Virus record (IMG/VR): IMGVR_UViG_3300021957_000258
Coordinates: 1 to 26,018 of that record
Length of the DNA stretch: 26,018 nucleotides
Strand: one strand, 5' to 3'
Source of the DNA: a virus
Lineage: Duplodnaviria > Caudoviricetes
Below the pieces are notes generated by a model. The model worked only from the letters and a program-made list of their open reading frames with translations, was not told the DNA's origin and did not search any database. Shown piece by piece: positions 16,135 to 25,228 of the stretch. A program made the position numbers and the translations under genes. The first letter of the stretch is position 1; every line of letters begins with the position of its first letter.

Positions 16135-17222
16135 TTGCTTTCTCCTATATCCGCATTGTTTAAAGTATAGGCGGTGTCTCGTTTGCGGATCCACTCAAAA
16201 CACGCCTCCATCCAATCGAGAGCCTTAATAGACTGTACTTCTCGATACGAATTCAAATAATCTCTTTGTTTGTGGTAGTAAAATGCTTTTACCATAGGTA
16301 TTGCTACGTCTGGGAAAATATTATTTTTCCATTTAATGTCGTCTGTCCTACCAATAATTTGTATTGAATCGTACCTAAAAGAATCGAAGTAATCGAAAAA
16401 GAATCTTACTTCTCTATTAAAAGAATCAAGATCGTTAACAATAGGTACAGGTTCATATTCATCGATAAGATCATAATGATTCTTTATCTGTTTATAAATG
16501 TAGACATCTAATTCTATATCTTTAACTTTTTCCCATACAGGTGTGTTGGGGTAAATATGAAAACTATCGCTAATTTGAATATAGTCTCCCATCGGTAAAT
16601 TTAGATTAAGAGCTACGAACTCTTGTAACATAGACATATGAACTACGTTCGCACCGTAAGCTCCCCAAAGCATATCGTTAGATCGATTACAAACAGTCAT
16701 ACATAATTTACCGTCTCTGATTTTGAAATAAATATTCGTATTACAAGGTACATCTTTCCTTTCTATTTCTTTATTACAAGTTCTTGCTAAATCTCCTTTT
16801 GGATCCCACATCTGTAAAACTGCTCGTCTTTCGTTAGGATTATCTTTTAATAACCCAATAATTGCAGCTATTTGATCTTTCTTAAAATAACTTCTCCATC
16901 GCCAACCATAAGCCCCCCACAAAGTTTCACCGTCGTCTGAGAAGTCTTCCATAGACTTAACAAAATAAGTTAATGGTTCTAAGTCGTTACGACCATCGAG
17001 CATCCATAGCCCTTCTATAAAATGAAAAAATGGATTAGCGTCTCTTTGCTTTATTAAACAAACTCTTTCCCATGGCTTTTCATACACAGTAGTTACAGGT
17101 GTATTAGCTTCATAAGTTAAACCATTACGACTTTCTTGTATCCTGTATTCCGTAGGGTCTTGAAATAAATCGATACCTCTTTCTAACGCATCGTTTACGT
17201 TTCTTGCTTTAATTACTTTCAT
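16131..17222 (-). CDS. thymidylate synthase-fold enzyme, probable dUMP hydroxymethylase
   Basis: FSDDG..LWGAYGWR, RRAVLQMWD, catalytic DVPCN, NRSNDMLWGAYGAN (Asn at the dUMP-specificity position) and SFHIY. The RSND and GAYG motifs are hydroxymethylase-like rather than ThyA-like. Confidence 0.85.
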   Translation of the reverse strand: MKVIKARNVNDALERGIDLFQDPTEYRIQESRNGLTYEANTPVTTVYEKPWERVCLIKQRDANPFFHFIEGLWMLDGRNDLEPLTYFVKSMEDFSDDGETLWGAYGWRWRSYFKKDQIAAIIGLLKDNPNERRAVLQMWDPKGDLARTCNKEIERKDVPCNTNIYFKIRDGKLCMTVCNRSNDMLWGAYGANVVHMSMLQEFVALNLNLPMGDYIQISDSFHIYPNTPVWEKVKDIELDVYIYKQIKNHYDLIDEYEPVPIVNDLDSFNREVRFFFDYFDSFRYDSIQIIGRTDDIKWKNNIFPDVAIPMVKAFYYHKQRDYLNSYREVQSIKALDWMEACFEWIRKRDTAYTLNNADIGESK

Positions 17223-17440
17223 AGCCCGTCTTGATAGCCCCCAACTATTTCATGTATCACAAAACGAATTTCTTCATCGTTTAACATAGGTACTTTTCTT
17301 TTTATAAAAGATATTGCAAGTCGCTCATCTGCGGCTACTTTTAAAAAGAATGCAACTTCTAAAAACTGTGTGTAATGTATATCGATTACATCACCATACT
17401 CTTCTAACAACTCTATTGCTCTATCACTCATACTGCCCAT
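17219..17440 (-). CDS. hypothetical protein
   Basis: 70-73 aa, overlaps both neighbours. The start could be 17431. Confidence 0.65.
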   Translation of the reverse strand: MGSMSDRAIELLEEYGDVIDIHYTQFLEVAFFLKVAADERLAISFIKRKVPMLNDEEIRFVIHEIVGGYQDGL

Positions 17441-18359
17441 ACTTACTTTCTCCTTCTATTAAGTCTTCCACCATTGGAAGATTATTATGTTTATACACCG
17501 ATCGTGTTCTTCCCTCGCTTTTATATATTCGAGAGTATTTATCAAACTCACACAGCCCACCTTCGATCTCTCGCATTTCGTAATTAGCACCATTTCTAAA
17601 GATGATTGAAGGAGCTAATATTTTCTTTACCTGTTCAAATAGATCTTGCATTTCTTCACACCATGGATGGCTTTTACGACTATAATCTAATGGTCTGCCT
17701 GTAAGACGATTAAGTCCTCGCATAGCTCCTGGACCTGCATTAGCCCATGTTAAAATATCTTTAGCATTCTCTAATAGATAAGTGTGTCTTAAATCAGTAA
17801 CAACCTCGTATGCCATAAATGGACCCATGTATGGATAATCTCTAAGAATTAACCACGTTGCTTCTAAAGAAGATTCATCCTTCACTAAATTCTCATGTAA
17901 TCTAGATAGAATAGATTCTTTAGCTTTCCAAATATGTGAAACACATTCAGCCACTCCTGTTACTTTATCCATACCGTTTGGTGTTTTAATAATGTAAGCA
18001 CCCGTGATCCACTTAGGTTGTTTAGTTATTTCACAAATAGCTTTCTTTCTATTCCACTTACGTAATAAATCATGATCGATTAAAGTTCTCCCTGTTTCTA
18101 TTAAATTAAACCAACGGAATATAATCGTAGCCATAAGAACGTCTTCTTCGTTCCGCATAGGTTCTCTTATATGTGTTCTAAACCAACGTGTTGTACGATC
18201 ATCTTCTCTAAACACTTGGCAGAACTTGAACTCCTGCAAAATTGGATCGTCAGTCCAGGGAGGGGAAAGAACTGCAGATTCTTTTTTAATGCGTATCGAC
18301 TCACGTTCAGTTTGCCAATAGCAATAACGATCCAACTCTGCGGGAATAAACTCGGTCAT
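17424..18359 (-). CDS. aGPT-Pplase1 / HMUDK_hel-type DNA base hypermodification protein
   Basis: PPWTDDPIL..F..V.REDD, FRWFN, GAYII, GPFMAYEVVTDL, GPGAMRGL and EGGLCEFDKY. Located next to the hydroxymethylase. Confidence 0.8.
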   Translation of the reverse strand: MTEFIPAELDRYCYWQTERESIRIKKESAVLSPPWTDDPILQEFKFCQVFREDDRTTRWFRTHIREPMRNEEDVLMATIIFRWFNLIETGRTLIDHDLLRKWNRKKAICEITKQPKWITGAYIIKTPNGMDKVTGVAECVSHIWKAKESILSRLHENLVKDESSLEATWLILRDYPYMGPFMAYEVVTDLRHTYLLENAKDILTWANAGPGAMRGLNRLTGRPLDYSRKSHPWCEEMQDLFEQVKKILAPSIIFRNGANYEMREIEGGLCEFDKYSRIYKSEGRTRSVYKHNNLPMVEDLIEGESKYGQYE

Positions 18360-19201
18360 TACTTTTTACGTAACACCCAAGAACAGTTATTAGCGACTTC
18401 AGGATAAAACGTAGCGGCAACAACTCGTAAAAACTGTCTACCGTATCTGTTTTGTAGTTTCTGAAACTGCTCAGGCGTCCATCCTGTTTCAGAATCTTCT
18501 TTCATCGCTTTCTTTAAATTAGGTAATTGTATAAACGTTCCTGTAACGTCTACTATCTCGAAGTTTCTTTCTAATTCTTCTTTTAGTTCTTGAAAACCCC
18601 ACTCGTATACGTGATCCTCGGGAAGCTTGTCGTTAGAACCGTCGTGGTTAGGTGTGGATACGAAAGCTAAACCATTTGGTCTTATAGCTCTAGCTGCATC
18701 ATCTAACCATGCAGAAATAAACTCTCTACCCATATGTTCAATAACTTCTGTCGTCCAGAAAAAATCTATACTTTCATTTTCTAGTTTAAATACAGGATCA
18801 ACAGTTAAGTCTTGTATACGTATTTCACCATTGAAATTTTGAAACCATGTAGATTTAGATAACTCACCCCCTGCATTAGACCAAAAAGGATTTTCTAATT
18901 CACAAGCAGGATCAATATCGTAACCGTAATAAGAGCTGATAATATCTGATTTCTTTACAACATAAGCTTTGTATAAATTACGTAAAGCCCAACACTCACC
19001 ACAACCTACTTCAAACGTATCAAGTGGTCGACCTAATCGTTTAGCTTCAGCTATACACATTGAGGAGATTTTATCGAACCGACTCATATGAGCAAGTTCA
19101 TCAGGTCTCCAGTTTCCTAACACTCCCGCAGAAGCAAGATCCATTCTAGTATTTTTACTGTCGTTTTCATTAACAGTTAGTTTCTTTCGTATTGATGACA
19201 T
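18359..19201 (-). CDS. class I SAM-dependent methyltransferase
   Basis: Motif I FEVGCG, GYDID, IQDL, EVIEHM and RPNGLAFVSTPN. No DPPY/NPPY or PCQ motif. Confidence 0.85.
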   Translation of the reverse strand: MSSIRKKLTVNENDSKNTRMDLASAGVLGNWRPDELAHMSRFDKISSMCIAEAKRLGRPLDTFEVGCGECWALRNLYKAYVVKKSDIISSYYGYDIDPACELENPFWSNAGGELSKSTWFQNFNGEIRIQDLTVDPVFKLENESIDFFWTTEVIEHMGREFISAWLDDAARAIRPNGLAFVSTPNHDGSNDKLPEDHVYEWGFQELKEELERNFEIVDVTGTFIQLPNLKKAMKEDSETGWTPEQFQKLQNRYGRQFLRVVAATFYPEVANNCSWVLRKK

Positions 19202-19205
19202 TTTA

Positions 19206-19688
19206 TTACCTCCACCAACTTGGTTTAGTTCTACCCTTTTCCCACTTAGCGTAATGTTTCTCGTTAATAACGTAATTACGATAAGCTAGAACAGAGTCCT
19301 CGTTTTTATATTCATCAGGCATGGCTTGAGCAACTGGTGTCATAAGCCTTCGTGTAATGTTTTTAGGCATTACGTATAAGGCGTCTGAGAGTTTCTCTAG
19401 ACTTGCGTGAGTCCGTTGGTAACGGTATGTATACTCATTACCTAACGCTATAAAATGTTTATAAAGCCAATAATAGTTACCACTGCATTCTCTAGCCCAG
19501 ATCGTACAAGGGTGGTTCATATAAGCTTTCTTATATAAACCTACGCTATCTGCATATTCGTCTCCGTCTAATAGACGGTGGGCTGTACAGAGCATCTGTG
19601 CGGTTTCTAATGGCATCTTCACTAGCATTTTATCTGGTTGCGACTTAGCCGCAATCACAGGATCTTCGTTAAAATAAAATATGTTCAT
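19206..19688 (-). CDS. pyrimidine-dimer DNA glycosylase (DenV)-like protein
   Basis: MNIF...DK..VKMPLETAQML...NHPCTIW...EYTYRY..H...AMPDEYK. Confidence 0.7.
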   Translation of the reverse strand: MNIFYFNEDPVIAAKSQPDKMLVKMPLETAQMLCTAHRLLDGDEYADSVGLYKKAYMNHPCTIWARECSGNYYWLYKHFIALGNEYTYRYQRTHASLEKLSDALYVMPKNITRRLMTPVAQAMPDEYKNEDSVLAYRNYVINEKHYAKWEKGRTKPSWWR

Positions 19689-19724
19689 AATTTTCTCCTT
19701 TCTTTAAACATAAATCTAAGTACC

Positions 19725-19758
19725 TTTATACTTTACTTTTATGTGCAAAGTAAAGCAC
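19725..19758 (-). promoter_or_regulatory. recurrent phage promoter for the modification/polymerase operon
   Basis: GTGC-TTTACT-N18-TATAAA, containing the inverted repeat ctttacttt/aaagtaaag. Confidence 0.65.
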
Positions 19759-19760
19759 TT

Positions 19761-21257
19761 TCATATTTGATAGCAGCGTGTTGTTTTAGGCTCTATTAAA
19801 TACAGGTTTTCTTTTGTTCTTGTAATACCTACATAGAATACTCTATTTTCCTCATCAGGATTTTGTTGGTAGTTTTTATAAACTCTTGTCGTTATATCCG
19901 TAAGTAATACAACATTAGTAGCTTCTCCACCTTTAGCCGCATGAATTGTAGATAACCGTATACGTGGTTGCTTAGTAATTTTTTCTCCTCGTCTAAGCAT
20001 GGCTCTTATATAACTGATCTCTTTAGGACTTAATAGAGTAAAAACATCGTACCAACGACCTTCAGGCAAGTCTGGGAAATGACTTTTGAGATCTTCATAC
20101 TGTAATATTAAATCACTATCGAGTAGATCGAGTTTCTTAGGTGTTTGAACTTTAATATATTTTAAAATGTTAGCACACTCAGCTAATGTAACTGTTTGTC
20201 CTTTTAATAATCTTTCCCAATAAACTACGGCTCTTACTTTTGCTTCTGATATAGAGGGTCTACCTTTTACTTCAAAAAACCATCCTTCGTTTCTACAATA
20301 CTCATCAACATCTTCTAATAGGTAATTTGTTCTAGCTAAAACAAGCCACTCACCTTTGTCCATGTTTACTAATTCGATCGTGGGTTCCCATCGTACCATC
20401 CCTTCATCTGTTCTAGGTTTCCATTCTTTATAGATTCTAGAACCCACCTGACCTATACATTGACTAGCTATCTTATGTACCGCTGACGGAACTCTATAAG
20501 ACTGTTTTAATACCATAGCATTTTTAGAATTATTAATCAAATACTCTACATCAGCTCCCGCCCAACGATAGATCGCTTGATCATCGTCTCCTGCTACGTA
20601 AATCTTTTTGGCTTTTTCTGCTAACTTACGAACCACCGCCCACTGCAAAGGAGATAAGTCCTGTGCTTCATCTACAAACATAACGTCTAACTCTGGAACA
20701 TCACCGTCGATTAGAAAGTTTTGTAACATATCGGTGTAGTCAACGAGCAATCGATCTTCTTTAAATAGTTTTAATCCTCGAGCAAATCGTTCTAATTCAA
20801 ACCAACCTACTGCATCTTCTACTTCGTGCCATTGTTCTTTTAAAGGTACGTCTCGCATCCTAGCAAGGTTTTCTATAAACGCTAAACGGTCATCGTGGGT
20901 CATACCGAATAAATGACCGTCGTCTGAGGTAGTTCTTCCTGTTAGTTTTAAATTAAGTTTTTCATTTAGATCGTATATATCTGAATTACTTACTACGCTT
21001 TCTCTAGTAAGTCCTAGTTGTCTAAAAGCTAATGAATGTAGAGTACGGAAAAAAGGCAGTTGTTTATTAGATACCTTGAAACGGTTCATTGCTCTTTCTT
21101 TGCCTTCGTTAACTGCTTTTTTAGTAAACGTGAAGAAGCCGATGTTCTCTGGTTCAGTACCGCTTTCTAGTTCGTCTTCGATTAAGCCAAGAAGTGTACT
21201 AGTTTTCCCTGTTCCTGGAGGTCCAAGGATCACTTGCGTGTGGCTAGGTAAGGTCAT
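19761..21257 (-). CDS. UvrD/Rep-like SF1 helicase
   Basis: GPPGTGKT, TLHSL, VDEAQD, GDDDQAIY, QSYR, LARTN, TIHAAKGGE and YVGITR. Confidence 0.95.
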   Translation of the reverse strand: MTLPSHTQVILGPPGTGKTSTLLGLIEDELESGTEPENIGFFTFTKKAVNEGKERAMNRFKVSNKQLPFFRTLHSLAFRQLGLTRESVVSNSDIYDLNEKLNLKLTGRTTSDDGHLFGMTHDDRLAFIENLARMRDVPLKEQWHEVEDAVGWFELERFARGLKLFKEDRLLVDYTDMLQNFLIDGDVPELDVMFVDEAQDLSPLQWAVVRKLAEKAKKIYVAGDDDQAIYRWAGADVEYLINNSKNAMVLKQSYRVPSAVHKIASQCIGQVGSRIYKEWKPRTDEGMVRWEPTIELVNMDKGEWLVLARTNYLLEDVDEYCRNEGWFFEVKGRPSISEAKVRAVVYWERLLKGQTVTLAECANILKYIKVQTPKKLDLLDSDLILQYEDLKSHFPDLPEGRWYDVFTLLSPKEISYIRAMLRRGEKITKQPRIRLSTIHAAKGGEATNVVLLTDITTRVYKNYQQNPDEENRVFYVGITRTKENLYLIEPKTTRCYQI

Positions 21258-21405
21258 CTTTTAAATTTTCAAAGCTGTGATACACATCGATATGAGAGTT
21301 ACATCCTGGACAACTTAGATTAGTCACTATGTCGTATTCCTCATCGTCTTCTAAGTCATGGTCGCCACCCCATATTAAGGGAGTTTTACAGTGCCAACAA
21401 TTCAT
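21244..21405 (-). CDS. small zinc-ribbon protein (53 aa, not in ORF track)
   Basis: MNCWHC...IWGGDHD...NLSCPGC. AGGAG RBS and ATGA overlap. Confidence 0.75.
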   Translation of the reverse strand: MNCWHCKTPLIWGGDHDLEDDEEYDIVTNLSCPGCNSHIDVYHSFENLKDDLT

Positions 21406-21980
21406 AGCCCACTCCTAAACGTTAAGTTGACTCTTTCTTCTGCTCCTACTAAATCAGGAACAGCGTGAGTAGCTTTCATCTGTGAATATCCATCGAACAT
21501 AATTACATCACCGTGATCAAGAAGATATAACTTTTCATCTTTTATGAAATTTTCTTTTAAATCTACATCACTAGTATTGGTGTGTTGTTTTATATTATTT
21601 TGATAAGTTCTCCAAGCAAAAACACGAGGAGCACCAAAACTTAAAGAAACGACTATATCATCAAGAGCGGGTACAGTATCACTGTGGTGTGGTATACCTT
21701 TATCATCAGGATAAAAACCACATAAACAAAAAGTAAATTTTATTTCTTTATTAAAAACTCTAGAAGCTACATCTTCTGCCGCAACTTTGATTAACTGCAT
21801 TTTATTAGTCCATGGTTCAGGCTCGTATAACTTCCCTGCATAATTAAAAGTTGAGTCACCAAACCCACGAGTCGGTCGACCTTTAACCATCGTACCTTCA
21901 AACATACGTTCACGAGGTTTATCCCATTTATCTATCCCGTGTTCGAACTCTGAAAATATATGTTTAATATGTTTAATCAT
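21402..21980 (-). CDS. AlkB-family 2OG-Fe(II) dioxygenase
   Basis: HSD...SLSFGAPRVF...HAVP...RVNLTFR (HxD...H...RxxxxxR). Confidence 0.85.
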   Translation of the reverse strand: MIKHIKHIFSEFEHGIDKWDKPRERMFEGTMVKGRPTRGFGDSTFNYAGKLYEPEPWTNKMQLIKVAAEDVASRVFNKEIKFTFCLCGFYPDDKGIPHHSDTVPALDDIVVSLSFGAPRVFAWRTYQNNIKQHTNTSDVDLKENFIKDEKLYLLDHGDVIMFDGYSQMKATHAVPDLVGAEERVNLTFRSGL

Positions 21981-23500
21981 AATAAGTTATCGTTAAAGTC
22001 AGGAAGATCATGTGATTCGTCTTGAGCTTTAAATTCTTCTATATACCAAACGTTTACTCCTCGTCCTTTAATATTAAAAAAGTGTGGTTCTCCGTGTAGT
22101 TGTTTTAGTTTAGATGTTAAGTTGTTTCTTTGATAGTCTTTAAAGTTATGTCTATGTAGATATTCCATTAAATCACCAAGTCGGAAATAGGTTTTACCAT
22201 TATCTGTCCATGGTTTATGTAATAAAAGCTCATCACGTTCCCTCGCAGGTCGTTCTGTACAAAAATTCTCCAATAGTTCTAAAAAGTGCCCTTCTGTGGA
22301 ACTTTCTTTCGGAACTTCGACCACAGTTAACGCATCGAGGAGCTGCTGGATAATCTGTCTCCAGACGTTTTCCTTAACCTTCTGAGGTATCTTGTTTAGA
22401 GCGTCCATGCATTTTCTTTGAAATCTATTTTGATTTAATAGGTCATCTGTCTCTAATTCTAACCTGCCACCTTCTACATCCAAGAACCAAATCGGTGGTT
22501 CACTATCTTGTTTAGTTAAATTACTAAATAACGGTGTACCACCGTTAGCACCAATCCCATATTTACGTGTTCGACATAGCGGACTATTACAATGACTAGC
22601 TATTGGCTGATCATTACATTTATAAAAGTAATCTTTACGTTGTACTTGTTTACCAATAGTTAAAACTTCTTGTGCTCCTAACGGTGGTTGCATATATTTT
22701 ATATTTACATCTTCTAATCTCTTTTCCCAATCGTCAGGAAATTTCTTTCTAAGGAATACTCCTACGTTAAACAATCCTGAATTACGTGTACCTTTAGGAA
22801 ACCCCTGTACGATTAAATGTTGTATACATGGGGGTGATTGATCTAACCAATCAATAGCTTCGTTTAATGGACTAGCTTCTAATTTTTCTAACTGGTTTGC
22901 AGTTAAAGATAATTCAGATGCGAAGTTAAGGAATTCTTCTGGAGTTAACGCTCCACCGTCTCTACCGTAAGCATAACGTGTTGAGTTCTCTCCTCCGAAG
23001 TAAGGCATATTTAACGTGCTACCTCTATCACCACGTTCTAATAACAGTTGTGTTTGTTTAGGAAATATCTCTGCTTGACCGTAGCCGATTGCCGCGGCTA
23101 ATTGTCTAAGCTTTCGTTGTAGCATCGAAGCCGCAACAGGTTCTTGTAGGAAGATATAAATGTGTGCTCCTCCGCTTTTACTTCGACAAAGTATTAGAGG
23201 TAATTCTTGTTTAGCTAGTTTCTTTGAAAGGTCTTTTAAATCTAGTTGATACTCATCAACATCGATCGCTCCCCATACACAGCTATTGTTTTCATCTATA
23301 GCTACAATCCCTACGCTTTGACGACCTGACAAGTGGTCATCCCACAGCTTCAGAAGATCTTTATCAGATAACTCCTTAGATATGGTGATGTTTTTTCCAC
23401 TTGCTTTGCCATCCTCTCGAGTTTCATCACTTGCGGTAAACGTACCGTAAGCTTTCCGCAATCCAGCATAGCGTGTAGCAAATTTCTCTGCTAACGACAT
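21977..23500 (-). CDS. AEP-family primase-polymerase
   Basis: WGAIDVD, RSKSGGAH, a PPC/GTRN helical domain and a Cys/His cluster. Confidence 0.85.
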   Translation of the reverse strand: MSLAEKFATRYAGLRKAYGTFTASDETREDGKASGKNITISKELSDKDLLKLWDDHLSGRQSVGIVAIDENNSCVWGAIDVDEYQLDLKDLSKKLAKQELPLILCRSKSGGAHIYIFLQEPVAASMLQRKLRQLAAAIGYGQAEIFPKQTQLLLERGDRGSTLNMPYFGGENSTRYAYGRDGGALTPEEFLNFASELSLTANQLEKLEASPLNEAIDWLDQSPPCIQHLIVQGFPKGTRNSGLFNVGVFLRKKFPDDWEKRLEDVNIKYMQPPLGAQEVLTIGKQVQRKDYFYKCNDQPIASHCNSPLCRTRKYGIGANGGTPLFSNLTKQDSEPPIWFLDVEGGRLELETDDLLNQNRFQRKCMDALNKIPQKVKENVWRQIIQQLLDALTVVEVPKESSTEGHFLELLENFCTERPARERDELLLHKPWTDNGKTYFRLGDLMEYLHRHNFKDYQRNNLTSKLKQLHGEPHFFNIKGRGVNVWYIEEFKAQDESHDLPDFNDNLL

Positions 23501-23514
23501 AAAACCCCTCCTTG

Positions 23515-24303
23515 TTAGATTGCGTCGTCAAACGTAGTATCTTTTACGTCCTCTCTTTGATGTTCCTCTTTAACTTGAACGTCTCCTGATCTAGCCGCAG
23601 ACATAAAGTCTTTAGCCATCATTGCAACAGGCATCTCTGTAGCACCTTCTTGATTAACAGAATATCCATTCCAACTACCTTTATCATTAGACTGAGTAGT
23701 TGTAGTAAGTCTATAAGTATAAGCAAACATTGGTGCTTCTACCGAATCACCTTTGCTATTTTCTACTCTAGCCATTCTTAACATGGTTAACCATTTTCTA
23801 GCTACACCTAATTGTGTAGAAGTAAAAGTTACTACCGCTTGTTGTGGAGCATTACCGTCTAATACTAAAACGAAAAACTGTGCAGTTTCTACAATCTCGT
23901 TACCGTCTGGTGTATATGACCGTCTAGTTTCAGGATCTTTAGTACATTTAGATAAGATAGAAATGTCATGGTTAGCGTTTACTAAACCACCACCCTTCTC
24001 TCTAGGGATCCATTCAATGTACTTTTTATTATAAGCACACGGAACAATTAATATTCCTTTTTCTCCGTCGTGGGCTTCACCTGTAACGGTGTTGTACAGA
24101 TCCCCTGCACTCGCACCTTGTACATAACTACCATGTTGTTTTTGTAGTTGTGGTGACATAGGTTGAAGAACTCTTATAAAGGGGATTGCAAAATCCTCAG
24201 TTGTAGTTTCTTCTAGTCCTGTACCGCCCGATAATAAATTATCATCGAACGTACTTATCGCTGTAGCTTTAGTTTCAGCTACTTCATTTTTATTCTCTGC
24301 CAT
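23515..24303 (-). CDS. putative single-stranded DNA-binding protein
   Basis: IPFIRVLQ..SPQ, YIEW.PR..GGG, NDKGSW and an acidic tail ending FDDAI. Adjacent to the primase. Confidence 0.65.
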   Translation of the reverse strand: MAENKNEVAETKATAISTFDDNLLSGGTGLEETTTEDFAIPFIRVLQPMSPQLQKQHGSYVQGASAGDLYNTVTGEAHDGEKGILIVPCAYNKKYIEWIPREKGGGLVNANHDISILSKCTKDPETRRSYTPDGNEIVETAQFFVLVLDGNAPQQAVVTFTSTQLGVARKWLTMLRMARVENSKGDSVEAPMFAYTYRLTTTTQSNDKGSWNGYSVNQEGATEMPVAMMAKDFMSAARSGDVQVKEEHQREDVKDTTFDDAI

Positions 24304-24305
24304 AA

Positions 24306-24878
24306 TTAATCCTTTTTAATGGTTGCTTTAGTACCTATATAGATACCAAATGGTTCGGTTGGTATATCGTTACCCGAAGTAAACTGCTCTTTTACAAAAG
24401 CTTTTAATGTACTCGGATGAACACTCTGTCGCACTTCTGGTGATAGACCTCTAGATTGCAGAGCCGAAACAGTTTCGTTTACGACTGTACTCTCCTCACG
24501 TCCGAACTTTAAAAGAACCTCGTTCTTTATAAGCCCCTCGTGACCGTTTTCTACTAACCACTGATATGCTACTTCTTGGTTTGCCTTCGATATATGAGCG
24601 TTATAGAACTCATTAATAGAGATTTTCTCTCCAGTACTGAGTACTATTTGATTAAGACCTGCGGATTGCATCGCGTCAGGTAGTTCTTGCTCCGAAGTCA
24701 AACGAAGTTCTTCTTTCTTAGCTTTTAAATCTTCTTCTAACGTAGACACTTGTCTTGCTAACTGAAGTTGTTTATTTGCTAAGGAAGAAACAATATTAAG
24801 TTCTCCGTCAGATACGTCATTCGTCCATTCTTCAACGGATTCGGTACCGACTAAGTCCTCAAAAGTTGGTTTATTCAT
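24306..24878 (-). CDS. conserved phage replication-module protein
   Basis: Coiled coil, then LPDAM, WL.ENGHEGLIKN and VHPSTLKAFVKE. Confidence 0.75.
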   Translation of the reverse strand: MNKPTFEDLVGTESVEEWTNDVSDGELNIVSSLANKQLQLARQVSTLEEDLKAKKEELRLTSEQELPDAMQSAGLNQIVLSTGEKISINEFYNAHISKANQEVAYQWLVENGHEGLIKNEVLLKFGREESTVVNETVSALQSRGLSPEVRQSVHPSTLKAFVKEQFTSGNDIPTEPFGIYIGTKATIKKD

Positions 24879-25197
24879 CTATTTCTCCTTTCTGATGTAG
24901 ATCGATATCAACAGGATAATATAATCCTTCCTGCCTATCCCACTTTAATATACTATATCTACCTCGGTTATAAAATGCAGCGATAGAACACGCTACGCCA
25001 ATGGCGGCAGGATCGCCAATTAATAATAAGTAATCTCCTTCTTTGAAGTCCTGTAGAATCTTTTTCATCCTACGAACAGAGGGAGCAGCACTTAACATAA
25101 TTTGTGTATTAGAAGGTAACAGAACTTCGAAATCACCATAGCTTCTAGCAGAGGCAATGTTTCGTCCTGGAACTTCCTGTACAACATATACTGTCAC
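24871..25197 (-). CDS. conserved hypothetical phage protein
   Basis: GTG start after AGAAAGGAG. DYLLLIGDP and LKWDRQ...YYPV. Confidence 0.75.
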   Translation of the reverse strand: MTVYVVQEVPGRNIASARSYGDFEVLLPSNTQIMLSAAPSVRRMKKILQDFKEGDYLLLIGDPAAIGVACSIAAFYNRGRYSILKWDRQEGLYYPVDIDLHQKGEIDE

Positions 25198-25228
25198 TTT
25201 TTTCTCCTTTCTTATTTCTAGAACTTAA

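Noticed and set aside
16131-17222. Ordinary ThyA or dCMP hydroxymethylase
   Set aside because: The RSND/GAYG motifs and aGPT neighbour argue against ThyA, and Asn rather than Asp at the specificity site argues for dUMP. Neither alternative is formally excluded.
18359-19201. Restriction-modification DNA methyltransferase
   Set aside because: It has no DPPY/NPPY/SPPY or PCQ catalytic motif, and its motifs fit small-molecule class I methyltransferases.
931-24034. Plus-strand ORFs in the track (931, 1146, 1814, 3965, 5393, 7089, 7274, 10156, 12403, 13496, 14638, 17314, 18171, 18627, 21076, 23753)
   Set aside because: They are antisense shadows of well-supported minus-strand genes, with no recognisable motif.
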